Positions 17,234 to 29,940 of a DNA stretch of 64,000 nucleotides are shown here, one piece after another (the stretch's first letter is position 1; each line of letters opens with the position of its first letter). The notes under the pieces were generated by a model, which worked only from the letters and a program-made list of their open reading frames with translations, made no database searches and was not told the origin of the DNA. Location: IMG/VR virus record IMGVR_UViG_3300032227_001172, positions 166,692 through 230,691 of that record; one strand, given 5' to 3'. The translations under genes were made by a program, and so were the position numbers. The DNA is from a virus. Its lineage: Duplodnaviria; Caudoviricetes.

Positions 17234-19580
17234 TTGTAATACCTAATATATTAGGATTGGTTTTTATGGTACAGTCAGTCAAAAGTCATTAGGTTTAATT
17301 ATTATGGTGGGAATTAAATTAGAACAAAATATGGACTGTACAAATATCTGTAAGGTCGCACAGTCTATTATTAATACCTATATGAAAGAATATGGTGCTA
17401 GTGACAATCTGATGCTAGTTTTACAGATTCAAAGGATACAGGATGGATCGTTAAATCTGACACAAAATCTCCCTTTTTCACCACTTTCCTCATCAGAACC
17501 ATCATAAACCATACAAGAACCACTGTCAATAGGCTGTTTTTTGTTAAATTACTATATTTTCTCCACGTTTTACCCCCTATTTTTCACCTTTCCTCTCTGC
17601 ATAATGCTAGTATTACTGGCTTTTTTAGCCCCTAAAAGCTAATTTGCGACAAAAAAACTAAATTTTTTACTTATTGTAAGTGCCGGTGGTTGAAATTGGC
17701 TAAAGAACTAAGCAGGGTTGTGTCGATAACTCCCTATTGACACTCTACTGTCTGTGTTGTATACTGATATGGATGCTAGGGGTAATAAAAGTAATAATTT
17801 GAGGGGAAAATGTATAAAAACGTATTGTTGACTGATAAGGAAATTGCTCTCCTGAAAAGGGTTGTAGGTGATTATCTTCATGAGAAAATTGTTCCAGAAG
17901 CTACTAATTTGACTATTATTCTGAATCGACTAAGGGACATTAAACCTACGATTACTAATAATCAGTTCTTCAATTATGGGTAATGGGGGACAAATGGGAA
18001 AGAAATCAAAAAACTATATCGTCTTGTGGGCTTTCATCCCACGAATCTGATTTTTTCAAGTTTTCTATAGCCCATAATGAATGAAATCAAATAATCTTTC
18101 TTTTAATCAGTTTATGTTGGCTGTTGCTGATTATATTGATGATGAATATGGGGGAAATCGGTCATCTTCATTGAGGAATTTAACTCATGACGAAAGATAT
18201 ACTATAAAGCATATGTTGCATATTCATTATGAGAACTATAATAGTATAAATAATACGGCTAATGATATAATGAAATATTTGTCAGATAATAAAGCTTGGA
18301 CAAGTAAAAATGACTAAAGATACTATAACTTTTACCAAGGCTGAAATAGGCTATTTACTTGATCTGGTCTTAACTAATATTGGTGATGAGATTTATTATG
18401 GAAATCGTGAACAGTTTGTTAAACGACAAAATAAAGTCCACCATAAATTACTAACTTCTTATACTAAAATGGAATGTATTAAACAGGAAAAATATTAAAT
18501 GAGTAGCATTGTAATCAAAGATAGTTATAAGGCTGATGTTTTCAATTTTGATATGGAATGTTGGAAGCAGGAAGATCCAAAGGGAGAATTGTTTAACTTT
18601 ACGATCAATAATGTTATATCTTGGGAATGGACTAAGATGAAGTTAACGAGAAGTGAGATTAAGGGTTTGGCCGATTTTCTTAACCAGTTTATTGAGGAGA
18701 ACTAATGGTAATTCAAAAAACTTGGACAGACCTTTTGGGCAAGCCTCAAGGTAATGAAAGTGTTGATGGGAAAGATATTGTGAGGGAAGTTAGTCTTCAT
18801 CAATTTAGAATATTGTGGTCATTTAATAGTAATCAAGAAGCTAATTGGGTTTATACTTATTGGACAACTATGGAGAATAACTAATGACTAGATTAAATTT
18901 GGATTTGACAACCAGACAGATTAATATTCTATTTGAGGCTTTGGAAACATTACAGGCTTACTACAAGACAACTAATACTAATACTATAAATATTGAACGG
19001 GAAATTATTAATTTTACTAGGTATTTGGACAGTAAAGTATTTAAAGGAGAATAAATAATGGAAAACGGGACAGTTGTGGCATTTGAACCCAAAAATTTTA
19101 ATCCAGAGTTTTGGAATAGTCTTCCAGAAAATGACAAGATTAAGTATTACGGGCCTTTGGGTTATGGATCGGACAAGAAGAAGTTTTTTGTATTTTTGAC
19201 CGAAATTAAAAATGCTCCCGGCCATTGTGTTCTTGTTGATCTTGATGATGGACATTTAGAGGTTATGCGTCATGTTTCTGATTTTAGAGAAGTTAATGAA
19301 GAAGAATTTTAGGAGAAGAAATAATGCCCACTCCAAAAGTAACAAAAGTAAGAGAATTAGTTGCCTCATACTGGTATAAAAACTCAAAAACTATTCCAGT
19401 AGAGTTTACTATTTATGGAGGCAGTAATGATGTTAGTTCTAATGAGTATAGCTATTATGATGTTTATGATCGTGGTGGAATTCTTATGGGAATTAATCTA
19501 ACCCCATATTCGCCATTTGATCACTTTCCTTCATACGATGAAGTATACGATTTGATTAAAGACAATCTGGAGAACAATAC

Positions 19581-19955
19581 ATGAATAAAAAAGTAATGAA
19601 AAAGTGGGTCAAGGCTTTACTATCTGGAAAGTATAAACAGGGTCAAGGTCTACTTAAACAAACGGATCATAAAAACGCTATCAGGCATTGTTGCTTAGGT
19701 GTTCTTTGTGAACTATATAACGAGGATATGAAAGAGAAGAAAAAGAAAAAACTCACAGAAAAAGTAGATAATTATGGTGTTTGTAGATTTAATAAACAGC
19801 CAGAACATCTTCCAAATATTGTTAAAAATTGGGCTGATTTAAACGATAGTGTTGGGTCTATTGGAGCTTTTGATAGTTTGGCGACCATAAATGATGACGG
19901 TAAAACATTCAAGACTATTTCTAAAATTATTGAAAAAAACTGGGAGAATCTCTAA
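19581..19955 (+). CDS. conserved phage protein (KWVKALLSGKYKQG...CCLGVLCEL)
   Basis: Motif typical of a widespread phage hypothetical family. Confidence 0.75.
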   Translation: MNKKVMKKWVKALLSGKYKQGQGLLKQTDHKNAIRHCCLGVLCELYNEDMKEKKKKKLTEKVDNYGVCRFNKQPEHLPNIVKNWADLNDSVGSIGAFDSLATINDDGKTFKTISKIIEKNWENL

Positions 19956-20093
19956 TGGCTGGACTTGTATTGTTTGGTATACTAGGATATATGGCTTGTA
20001 TACGAATTTATGATTGGTGGAATGGACGCGGAGAGTTATTTTAGTGTAATATTTAATTGAAAGAATATCCAGCCTCAATTTTAATAAATAATT

Positions 20094-20762
20094 ATGGACG
20101 ATGCTATAATCATTAGTGATATTCATTTAGGAAGCAATGTTTGCGAAAGTAAAAGATTGTACAATTTTTTAGAATTGGTATATACTAAGACTAATAGATT
20201 AATTATCAATGGTGACTTTTTTGATAATTTAGATTTTCGCAGATTAAAGAAAAACCATTGGAAAATACTCTCTTTACTCAGAAGAATGAGCAAACATATT
20301 GATATAGTGTGGATAAGAGGTAATCATGATGGAGATGCCGAATTAGTATCTCATCTAATAGGACTAGACTTTAAAGATGAGTATCTTTTTAATAGTGGGG
20401 ATCAAAAAATATTATGCTTGCATGGTGACAGATTTGATGATTTTATCTACAAATACCCAAATACTTCTAAAATAGCAGATACAATCTATCGCTGTATACA
20501 AAGAATAGATAAAAGATTCTTATCAAAATTTATCAAACAAAGATCAAAAACCTATTTAAGATGCACAGAAAATATGATTAATAACTCCAGAGAATATGCG
20601 TTATCAAAAAATGTAGATATTGTATGTTTAGGACATACACATCATCCTATGGTTGACACAGACCATTCAGTAGTTTATGCTAATAGTGGATGCTGGACAG
20701 AAAAAATTTGCACTTTTTTATCTATCAAAAATGGACAAGTAGAACTTAAAACTTTTAGCTAA
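20094..20762 (+). CDS. calcineurin-like metallophosphoesterase, LpxH-like
   Basis: ISDIHLG, NGDFFD, RGNHD, LHGDRFD, GHTH, ANSGCW. Confidence 0.9.
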   Translation: MDDAIIISDIHLGSNVCESKRLYNFLELVYTKTNRLIINGDFFDNLDFRRLKKNHWKILSLLRRMSKHIDIVWIRGNHDGDAELVSHLIGLDFKDEYLFNSGDQKILCLHGDRFDDFIYKYPNTSKIADTIYRCIQRIDKRFLSKFIKQRSKTYLRCTENMINNSREYALSKNVDIVCLGHTHHPMVDTDHSVVYANSGCWTEKICTFLSIKNGQVELKTFS

Positions 20763-23127
20763 AGCAGAGAGAATAAATGACTAAAGCTGAATACAAGAAG
20801 TATCATTCTAAGATAAGATCTTGAAAAATGAGTGTACCATATAAAGGAAACTGTGAACATCTTAAAGAAGGATATTGTATAGCTTGCATATCCAAAATTA
20901 GAGATAGTTGGGGCGCTACTGCTATGACTTTTTCTAAAGATTCAAAATGCTATATTAATGTATGGGACGGAGATTATCCGAAGTGGATTGAGATAACCGA
21001 TGACACTAGTAAGAACCTTAATTCTTGATTATGATCTTATTGAGGTTCATTACAATGAACTTTTAAAGAACAAACCTTACTTGATCAGGGTTTTTAGCTA
21101 TAATAGTAGTGACCCTACTGAACTCAGAGTGGATGAAAATCAAGTCAACAATCTATATCAAACTCTTAAAGAATACTATCTATTATGACAATGTTTTACA
21201 GAGCGGTATGTAAAATTTGTGGGGGTAACTGGAAAAGATGTCCTAAATGTCAATTCGGAGCTTAAATGGAAATCCAAAATAAGAAAGAGATTACTCTAAG
21301 TGTTGAAGATGTTCAGAATATTCTGTTTGATCATTTGACAAGACAATATAGGCTGGATGGGGATTTTAATTTTGATTTTGTTGTCGTCAATAAACCATTT
21401 CGTAGTGGTATTCATGATTCTTGTGATCGTCATGAATTTGATGGAGTAAAGATTGTGGTGACTCATGATTAACTTAAAAGTTTTGGAAAAAATGATAAAG
21501 GACAAAATAATGGGCTGGCAATACCGAATTAGCAAAGAAATACAAACACATAAGCATCTTCGCTATGATCCTAAGATAGTTTTTGGGATTAAAAAAGTAT
21601 TTGTTGGCGAGAATGGGGATATTACTTATATTCGCTCTATGCCTGTATTTATGTGTGAAACTGTTGACGAGTTGAAAACTGAGATTCAAAATATGCTGGA
21701 GGGTTGTAATAAACCAATGATTGACTATAATACTGGAGAAGAAGTGAAACAACACTCGCCACCGACTTGATCACCGGGAGGTAACGTCCTGTTGCTCTAA
21801 TACTCGTATAGTTGAGATTCCTCACAAGAGTATTAATCAACAATAATGGGGGCGTTTTCAATACAAAAAATCATGGTAAGACAAGGAAAAGGAGAATGGG
21901 ATTTGACCGATATGAGAAAATAAAGCTTAAGTCTGGAACATTGACCTTGGATATCAGTGTTATTTTTAGAGTATTAGTAATGATACCTCACCTGCCATGA
22001 TACAATATTTGCTATCTTGTTGTTTTTTTAGTTTTTTGATACTACAAATAGTATTTTTATCTTTTGTTTTACTTTACGAACTTTATGAATTGTTTTACTA
22101 TTTGGTTAATCCGAACTTTAAAACTAATGATGTGGGACCAAAATGAGACTATTTTTTGATATTATTGTATTCTTGCTAATACTTTGTTGTTTTCAAAGAA
22201 TTGCTGAATTAAGCAACAGATTAGGAATGAATATTATTGTTGTTCAAGGTTTACAAGACAGAGTAAATGAACTGGAGAAAAAATGAAAAAAACTTGGCAA
22301 CAAAAACAAAAAGAAAGTATTCAATCTGGTTGTGACCGAGCCAAAGAATTAGCACAAGAAATATGGATAGATGGAGATCACGAAGGAACTCCTAATGATT
22401 TTTATTATTTCCAATGTGGATTTGCGGCGGGTTTGAACTATCAGCGACTACAAGCACTAAATAAATTGAGCCAACTTGATCAAGAACTAGGACTAGAATA
22501 ACATAAAAATGTTAACCCTGTTCCCGTCGAATGTTTACGCTTAGTGCGTAGATCAGCTAGGCTAATTGCCGACAGCGTAGGCGGGGCGGGGTTAACTATA
22601 GGAACATTACAAGTAGTATGAGAATCATTAACGAAAGACGATCTCAAATAGATGGCAATACCCTAATATCTTGTATATTAGAATATAATGGTAAATTGTT
22701 TAAGATTTCTGATTGTCCAACTAAATTATTTATATGGTCAGAATTGAATGGATGGCTATTTATAGATTATGGAGACACAAAAGAAACTACACAAAAAAGT
22801 ATAGAACAATTTTTGTCGATAATCAAAGCATATACCAATAACAGCTAAACATGGAATTGAAATGTGGTATTATTATTTGGTACAAGAAGTTATAATGAAC
22901 CAAAAATGGTTAGAAGAAAATGGAACTAACTGGGCGGCTGGACGAGTAGAATGTCACAGCGAAGATTCTATGGGTTATTCTGAAAGAGAATATTGGTTAA
23001 TGATAGACAAAAAAGATTGGAACAAGTTTGATGATTATCTTAGAAGTTTAAACTCAACCTCTTTACAAAGCTTAGACGAACTGATACAATCTAGTAAGTT
23101 GCCCATAGTCCAATTCCAGAGCAAAAC

Positions 23128-23541
23128 ATGATCAAACATTATCCTATAACTAACATTGAAACTGTTACTAAATACTACTCCCAAAAAGATGGCGTACCCA
23201 TCAAATACGTCTGCACAACTGATTTTGGTGCTAGTAATCGTCCAGTAGATATTTTCTACAGAGACTCTCCACACCCAGAATTTGGTAATAAATATTTTGG
23301 AATTGCTCCAAGTTACGAAAGTGATGATTTTGTTATATTCAGTGCTGATAAGGTTGAAAGTTTCACTTTTGCTATGGTAGAAGATGATGACGGCAATCTT
23401 CAATATAGCGAATATCACCATAGGTGTAAATTTTTTGGAAATGGTAACATGATTGATGGTGGGCGAGAGTATGTTCGTTCATCCTTAAATGCTAAAACTT
23501 ATGTTGTTCGTAATGGAGAGATGGTGATTAAAAATGACTGA
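23128..23541 (+). CDS. conserved phage protein (MIDGGREY motif)
   Basis: 137-aa ORF in coupled gene run. Confidence 0.7.
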   Translation: MIKHYPITNIETVTKYYSQKDGVPIKYVCTTDFGASNRPVDIFYRDSPHPEFGNKYFGIAPSYESDDFVIFSADKVESFTFAMVEDDDGNLQYSEYHHRCKFFGNGNMIDGGREYVRSSLNAKTYVVRNGEMVIKND

Positions 23542-24888
23542 AGAAGACATAATTGATTTGCGATCAGTTCTTAATGAACAATTTGACTATATTAATAGAC
23601 TAATGCCGTTGGTATATGCTGCAAACAAAGACCCCAAAGATTTTCAAACAATATATGAATCCATAGTAGATTGTAATAAAATTATGATGGAGATAATTAG
23701 TGGCCCTACTGGTGGAATTGAAAAATTAGTAGAAAGAACAAAATGAATAACTTAGAATCTAAATTAGCACAAGCAGAACAACTAAGACAAAAAGATATTG
23801 ATGAACTGTGGGAAACACGAATTACTCCATTACAAAATGAAGTTAAAGATAAAAAGATACAACTAGAATCAGCATACAAATCTAGTGAATATCAAAAAGA
23901 TAGAATTGAAGCATTAGAAATGACTGTTGCTGCCCTTAAAAGTAAAATAGATTATGCTATTGGTTACATTAGTGCTACTCCATATATGAGAGACAAGCAT
24001 CCAGATGAAGTTAAACGATGGCTATTTAAGGAGTTTGAATGACAAAACAATTTGATATATCAAAAGATAATGACATTTATCTACAATCTCCAACTCTAAA
24101 AGAAGTATTAAGAGCTTGTGAGGATTTGTGTCATCACTTAAAAGTTCCTTATGATCCTTATAAGATTAGAATAACTACTGATTATGGAACCAAGGTAGTA
24201 ATTTACTACAAAGAAAATAATGAAATTTAGAACAACAATAGAAATAGATATTACTGGTAACGGTAAACTATCAGAACAAGATGTGCAAGATTTGATGCAA
24301 AAAATAATTGAGCATGGATCGCTACATACCAATCAAAACATCCAGCATATTCCCATCAAACAAGTATCGTTCAATGTTACAAAAACAGAAGATATAACAT
24401 GGACTACTAAATCTGGTATTAAAGTCTGGATTAGAAAACCAATTGTGATGTAGAACTTTATAGAATCACGCAAACGATAATGACTAAAGATTTTCAAAAA
24501 CAATTACTCTATCTTATCACTAAAATAGAAAAGATAGAAGATTTATGCAAAGAAGAGGCCGCTGAACCATTCGGGCCTTATGTTGATACTATAGACTTTA
24601 TGAAGGTGCTTGAAGGTAGTAAAAAATTAACATATTCAGAAGGATTAGAGGACGGAATATCTCACATTGCAAGTAAAATATTAAGGATACTCTACTCATG
24701 AAATATAAAATCGAAATATTTCCACAACGCAGTAATATTGTAAAAAACTTAATGTTTGATTTCAAATGTTCTCCTTGGGAAACTATTCTTAATGTGTGGG
24801 CATTTTGTAGTTGTATAATTGGAACTTATATGATTTTTTATTGGATATCATATTATATCAATGTAATGATTAGGAGTGCGGTAGAAAT

Positions 24889-25446
24889 ATGAGAAAAGAA
24901 GAATTAGCCGTTGACAACATCATGTTTTTTGGGGGACTAGTTATAGTTACAGCAGTATTATGTACTCTTGTTCTTAATCCTATCCACAAAAAAAATATAA
25001 CAAAACTAAAATCAAACAAACCAATAGATAGACAGAAAATTATCATCGACAATATTGTTGGTACTGTAGAGAGTATTCATCCTTGGGGACGTACAGAAGT
25101 TGTTTCCATAAATGGGATAGAATTAGAATATTTTGAATATTGTGATCAATGGGTTATGTATGGTGATGTTGTTCAACCAGTTGGTCGTAAAGGTTATTTT
25201 ATGCCGGTCATGAGGGGCAGGCTAAATCTTGACGTTAAAGATTTTACCCAAACATGGATTGAATATGGTGGTTACGAAACTGGTTCCTTAGAAAAACCAG
25301 AAACCTATGAGGACTTTAGATTAGCTCACATAAGAGTGAAATTAGGAAAAATTACCAATATAGAATATACTCACTATAGACTATTACCAAATAATACTTG
25401 GAGTATAATATCTTCATGGGAGTCAAAATATAATGAAACCCATTGA
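24889..25446 (+). CDS. membrane-anchored hypothetical protein
   Basis: N-terminal hydrophobic helix. Confidence 0.65.
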   Translation: MRKEELAVDNIMFFGGLVIVTAVLCTLVLNPIHKKNITKLKSNKPIDRQKIIIDNIVGTVESIHPWGRTEVVSINGIELEYFEYCDQWVMYGDVVQPVGRKGYFMPVMRGRLNLDVKDFTQTWIEYGGYETGSLEKPETYEDFRLAHIRVKLGKITNIEYTHYRLLPNNTWSIISSWESKYNETH

Positions 25447-25666
25447 AGTTGGATTTGATGGAAGTTTTGATATAACTTCTGGTGGAATACGCTCATTAAA
25501 AGTAAGACTAACTAGAAGTGGTTCAAATCCTAAAGATTGGAAAAATCCTCCTATTGACAACACATTCGTCTGGTTGTATACTGATCCAGACAACCCTCAG
25601 TTGTTATACAAGAATAAAGAGGGTAAGCTTTATAGTGTGAATTTTGAGCCTTTTGGACAATAGCAC

Positions 25667-25879
25667 ATGAATAAAGACTATAATACTATCATATCTTTAG
25701 TAGGTGGGCCTTTGTGCGGGGAAAGTCTCACAATGAAAGATGGTCGCATACCAAATAGTGTTCCAGTCTTTAATAAGGGGAAATTTTATGTCTATAATCT
25801 TTTCATAGAACAAACTGAAGATTGGACTACCTTATATTATGAATATGGGAATGAAATTCTGGAGACTAATACTAAGTGA
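25667..25879 (+). CDS. hypothetical protein, paralog of 27356-27571
   Basis: Shared ISLVGGPLCGES...PNS.P.F..GKFY.YNL...EDWT..YYEY. Confidence 0.75.
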   Translation: MNKDYNTIISLVGGPLCGESLTMKDGRIPNSVPVFNKGKFYVYNLFIEQTEDWTTLYYEYGNEILETNTK

Positions 25880-26256
25880 TCGGTTTAAATGTACAGTCGC
25901 CTTGGTCTACCCTTTTAATTAATGGTCAGAAAACGGTCGAAACCCGCTCCTATCGACTCCCCACAAGATTAGAGGGAGTTGAGTTGGCACTAATTGAAAC
26001 ACCGGGGAAATCGGCCAAGTTTAAGAGTAGAATTATCGGAACAATTACTTTTAGTTCTTGTGTTCAATACTCTTCTAAAGAACAGTGGGAAGCTGATGGC
26101 AATAGGCATAAAGTTGATATTAATGATAAGACCTATGGTTGGAAGGATAAGCCTAAGTTTGGATGGATTGTAAAATCCGTTAAAATGTTTGAAAATCCTA
26201 TTGACCCTCCAGCTAAACGTGGTATAATCTACGCAAGAGACTGTGTTTGTTATTAG
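25876..26256 (+). CDS. ASCH domain protein
   Basis: LNVQSPWSTLLINGQKTVETRS. Confidence 0.85.
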   Translation: MIGLNVQSPWSTLLINGQKTVETRSYRLPTRLEGVELALIETPGKSAKFKSRIIGTITFSSCVQYSSKEQWEADGNRHKVDINDKTYGWKDKPKFGWIVKSVKMFENPIDPPAKRGIIYARDCVCY

Positions 26257-27355
26257 GAGATTAAGAGTGAGCGAAATATATAAAACAGAATATTCTAATC
26301 TGGAACTATCCGACGATAGAGTAGGCAAATTTCAATACGAACTAGGTATTCATCTACATAAGAAAAAGTTGGTTTTAATTTTTTCTGAGGAAGAGCTTAA
26401 AGGCTTTGCTGATTTTATCAATAACTTTTTGGAGAGTAAAGCATGAGATGGGTTTTTATTGTGGCTAGAAATTCTACGATTGAAAAAGTTAAAGTCTTTG
26501 GTAATTACTTTGAAGGAGAAACTCATACTAATGAATATCTTAGGATAGCATTTGGAGTCAATGAAGTTGATTTTCCAGAATATCGTAAGGGAGAGTATTA
26601 TCAAAGTGCTGATTCTGGAGTGAGTATTGGTCTTTATAAGGACAATACATAAAAACCTAAAGAAACTATTGACAAACGCCGATACTGTGATATACTAGGG
26701 CATATCTTGGAGAAAATCTAATGAGTCCAACAGTTCAACAAAAAGTTCAAAATTTGCTTGACAAGTATTTTATCGGTCAGAATAACTGTGAACTAGTTAT
26801 TAAACAAGATGATCTAAATAGTTTTTTGCAAGAATATAATACTATTATTATCACTCGTACAGTGGAAGTTTGTGGCCTACACTAATAAATTGGAGAAAAA
26901 ATGACAGTTCAACAGCTTCGTAATAGCGGATATAAGGTTAGGGTTCTTCACAATCGTCTCTACAACGGCTATTATAAATGGCAAGTGGGTAGCAAGCCTA
27001 GTGGTGATCATGGCTATGGGCCTATTGATCCAGACACTAAGGGTGGGTCAACTCAAATTGTAATTGACAGTCCATCTGGTGATCATTATGAGGGGCTGGC
27101 TATTTGCAGTAAGAAAGAGAATTATAATAAGAAACTAGGCGTGAGAATTGCTCTTGGAAGATGCAATATTAATCAAACCTTTTATACTCAATCAGAGACA
27201 ACAAATGAGTAATGAAGAAAAGATGGAAGAAATTAGGAGAATGTGTTTGGGTATTATGCAATGCTGGAGCCAAAAATCTAGTTATAATGATCCTTATGAG
27301 GATGGAAGAATAGTTGGTCGTTCAACTCTAGCTGAAACCATTTTAGACATCATTA

Positions 27356-27571
27356 ATGAATCAAAAACCTAATACTGTTATAAGTTTGGTTGGTGGGCCT
27401 TTGTGTGGTGAAAGCGTTACTATGGAAGGTAACAGGGTTCCTAATAGTATTCCTATGTTTTCAGAGGGTAAATTTTATACATACAATCTGATTTTCAACC
27501 AAGAAGAAGATTGGACAAGCATTTATTATGAATATTCTAATGAAATAATGGAGATCACTACTAATGGCTAA
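27356..27571 (+). CDS. hypothetical protein, paralog of 25667-25879
   Basis: Shared motif with 25667-25879. Confidence 0.75.
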   Translation: MNQKPNTVISLVGGPLCGESVTMEGNRVPNSIPMFSEGKFYTYNLIFNQEEDWTSIYYEYSNEIMEITTNG

Positions 27572-28773
27572 GAGTTTTGAAGATTTGTTGAAGAAAACTT
27601 GTTCCAAAGACGTTATTATTGATGGATATAAGAAAACTATGGACTATTTTGCAGAATATATTGGTCTTTCTAAAGATCAATACAATACAGTACCATACGG
27701 TTTGTCTATGACTAAACTGAAACACAGGAAACCAAAAAGGCGTGACCCTTCACGAAGATGGTAATGAGAACATTTAAAGAAGAAATAAGAAAAGTCTTAG
27801 ACGATGTAAGTTGTGATATTTGTGGAAAAAGTACCACTAACTATCCAGATGTTGGGCCAGATTATGCTACGCTAGAATCCTATTGGGGATATGGTTCACA
27901 TAATGATGGTTCAAAGTATGAGATTCATATTTGTGAAAATTGTTTTGATGAAACTCTAAATTTTTTACGACAAAAAAGAAAAAATATTTTGGGACCATTC
28001 CAATATCCATATGATCATGATCCTCTATATGAATAAGGTTACAAAATGATATTTCACGATTATTTGCTTAAAAATTTGTCACAAACAGCAATGATTTCTT
28101 TGTCTGTAAACAACGGAGAAACTTTTCAATATAATTATTGGAACTGGTTTCATAAACTTGGAGAATTGCACCTATTAAAAGATGACTATTCTATAGGACA
28201 TATTCTACATGATGGTAATTTTACTCAAAATGAAGATGGTAGTATTACTTATTCTAGTACAAATCATCCGAAACATTCTGTCTTAAATTTTTATTTTGGT
28301 GGAGTATCTAACTAATATGATAAATAAAAATTCTGATCCGCTAGATACTATTTTAGATTTCGCTTGGGCATCTGGTGCTGATATGTTTTGGGTTAATAAT
28401 GCAAAAGACGAATTAAAAAAACTCAGAAAAGAATTGTTTGATTTCAAAGAATTAATTAAAAATCCATCAGCTTATGCTAGAATAAATAGTCGTGGTGATC
28501 TCTTTGATCTTAGGCTAAATAATAATCCATATAATGACCAAAACACGGTTATCCCATTATTTAGATTAGATGAATAAAAGTCAAACTATAATTTTAGATG
28601 ATCATGTGGTGAAGATACTATACAATGAGTATCTATCCTCAAAACCTTTTTTAGTTAGAATATATGATTGGGATAATGAGCCACAAGAATTTAGATTAAA
28701 TGAACAAGAAATAAAAAATATGATAGATTTACTAGATAGTATAGTATATCCAGACTAACAGAAAGATTCCAGT

Positions 28774-29229
28774 ATGGACAAAATCTTATATTCTTGGTCA
28801 GATTTCAATAGTGATATTAGTTTGATTTATTCACAAATTATTAATAGTAATATACCAGATTATATTGTAGGAGTTAAACGAGGAGGTCTAATACCTGCTA
28901 TAGCCTTAAGTCATCATTTGAATAAGCCTCTTATTATGATGAGTTGCCAACTTAGAGATGGTCGGGATAATGAGGTTAGACTTTATGAAGTTGAAGAAAT
29001 TTCCAGAGAGAAAAACATATTAATTGTAGATGACATATGTGATAGTGGTATTACTTTATCTAAAATTATGACTAAATTTATATCTGATGGTTTTAATATC
29101 GATAATATCAAAACATCTGCTTTATTTTATAACACAGAGCAAAATTTTGTAGTAGATTATACTGGTAGAACTATTAATAGAAATATTGATCAAAGATGGA
29201 TAATATTTCCTTGGGAAAAAACTAAATAA
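28774..29229 (+). CDS. purine phosphoribosyltransferase (Gpt-like)
   Basis: VGVKRGGLIPA, ILIVDDICDSGITL, WIIFPWE. Confidence 0.9.
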   Translation: MDKILYSWSDFNSDISLIYSQIINSNIPDYIVGVKRGGLIPAIALSHHLNKPLIMMSCQLRDGRDNEVRLYEVEEISREKNILIVDDICDSGITLSKIMTKFISDGFNIDNIKTSALFYNTEQNFVVDYTGRTINRNIDQRWIIFPWEKTK

Positions 29230-29282
29230 TTGACACTTGCCGCATCTATGCTAAAATAATACTGAGACAGGAGCTTATTAAA

Positions 29283-29723
29283 ATGGATCAAGAACTACAA
29301 AATCAATTATTTGAAAAATACCCTTCTCTATTTGAGAATAAAAATAAATCCATTCAGGAAAGCTGTATGGCATGGGGGATAGAGTGCAATGACGGGTGGT
29401 ATGATCTACTATCTGCTGTTTGTTGGAGAATTTTCCAGCATGAGAAAAATATAGCTGAAAGGATAAGGGTCAGAAATGATGCAGGAAAAGAGAATGATCA
29501 ATCTGATCTAGAGTATGTCCCGGTTAAATTCGACCAGATTAAAGAAAAGTTTGGTGGAATCCGAATCTATTACTCTGGTGGTGATGATTATATTGAGGGC
29601 GTTATTTCTTTAGCAGATGAAATGAGCTATAAGATTTGTGAAGTTTGTGGAAATGCCGGTAAACCTAATAAGGGTGGATGGATAAGTGTTTTGTGTGATG
29701 AACATAGGAAACTAACACAATGA
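29283..29723 (+). CDS. conserved phage protein (QIKEKFGGIRIYY, C-terminal CxxC)
   Basis: Motifs; promoter at 29230. Confidence 0.75.
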   Translation: MDQELQNQLFEKYPSLFENKNKSIQESCMAWGIECNDGWYDLLSAVCWRIFQHEKNIAERIRVRNDAGKENDQSDLEYVPVKFDQIKEKFGGIRIYYSGGDDYIEGVISLADEMSYKICEVCGNAGKPNKGGWISVLCDEHRKLTQ

Positions 29724-29940
29724 AAGCTATTATCGAATTTAATTTACCAGAAGATCAACGAGAATACGATCTAATGAATCAGGCAAACAAAGTTCAATCT
29801 TTTTTGTGGGATTTTAGTCAGCAACTTCGATCATGGCAGAAATATTCTAATGATTTTCAAAATGCTGGAGATGCTTTAGATAAAATTCGTACAGAATTCC
29901 ATAGACTTCTTAGTGAACAAAAAATTAATATTGATCTATA

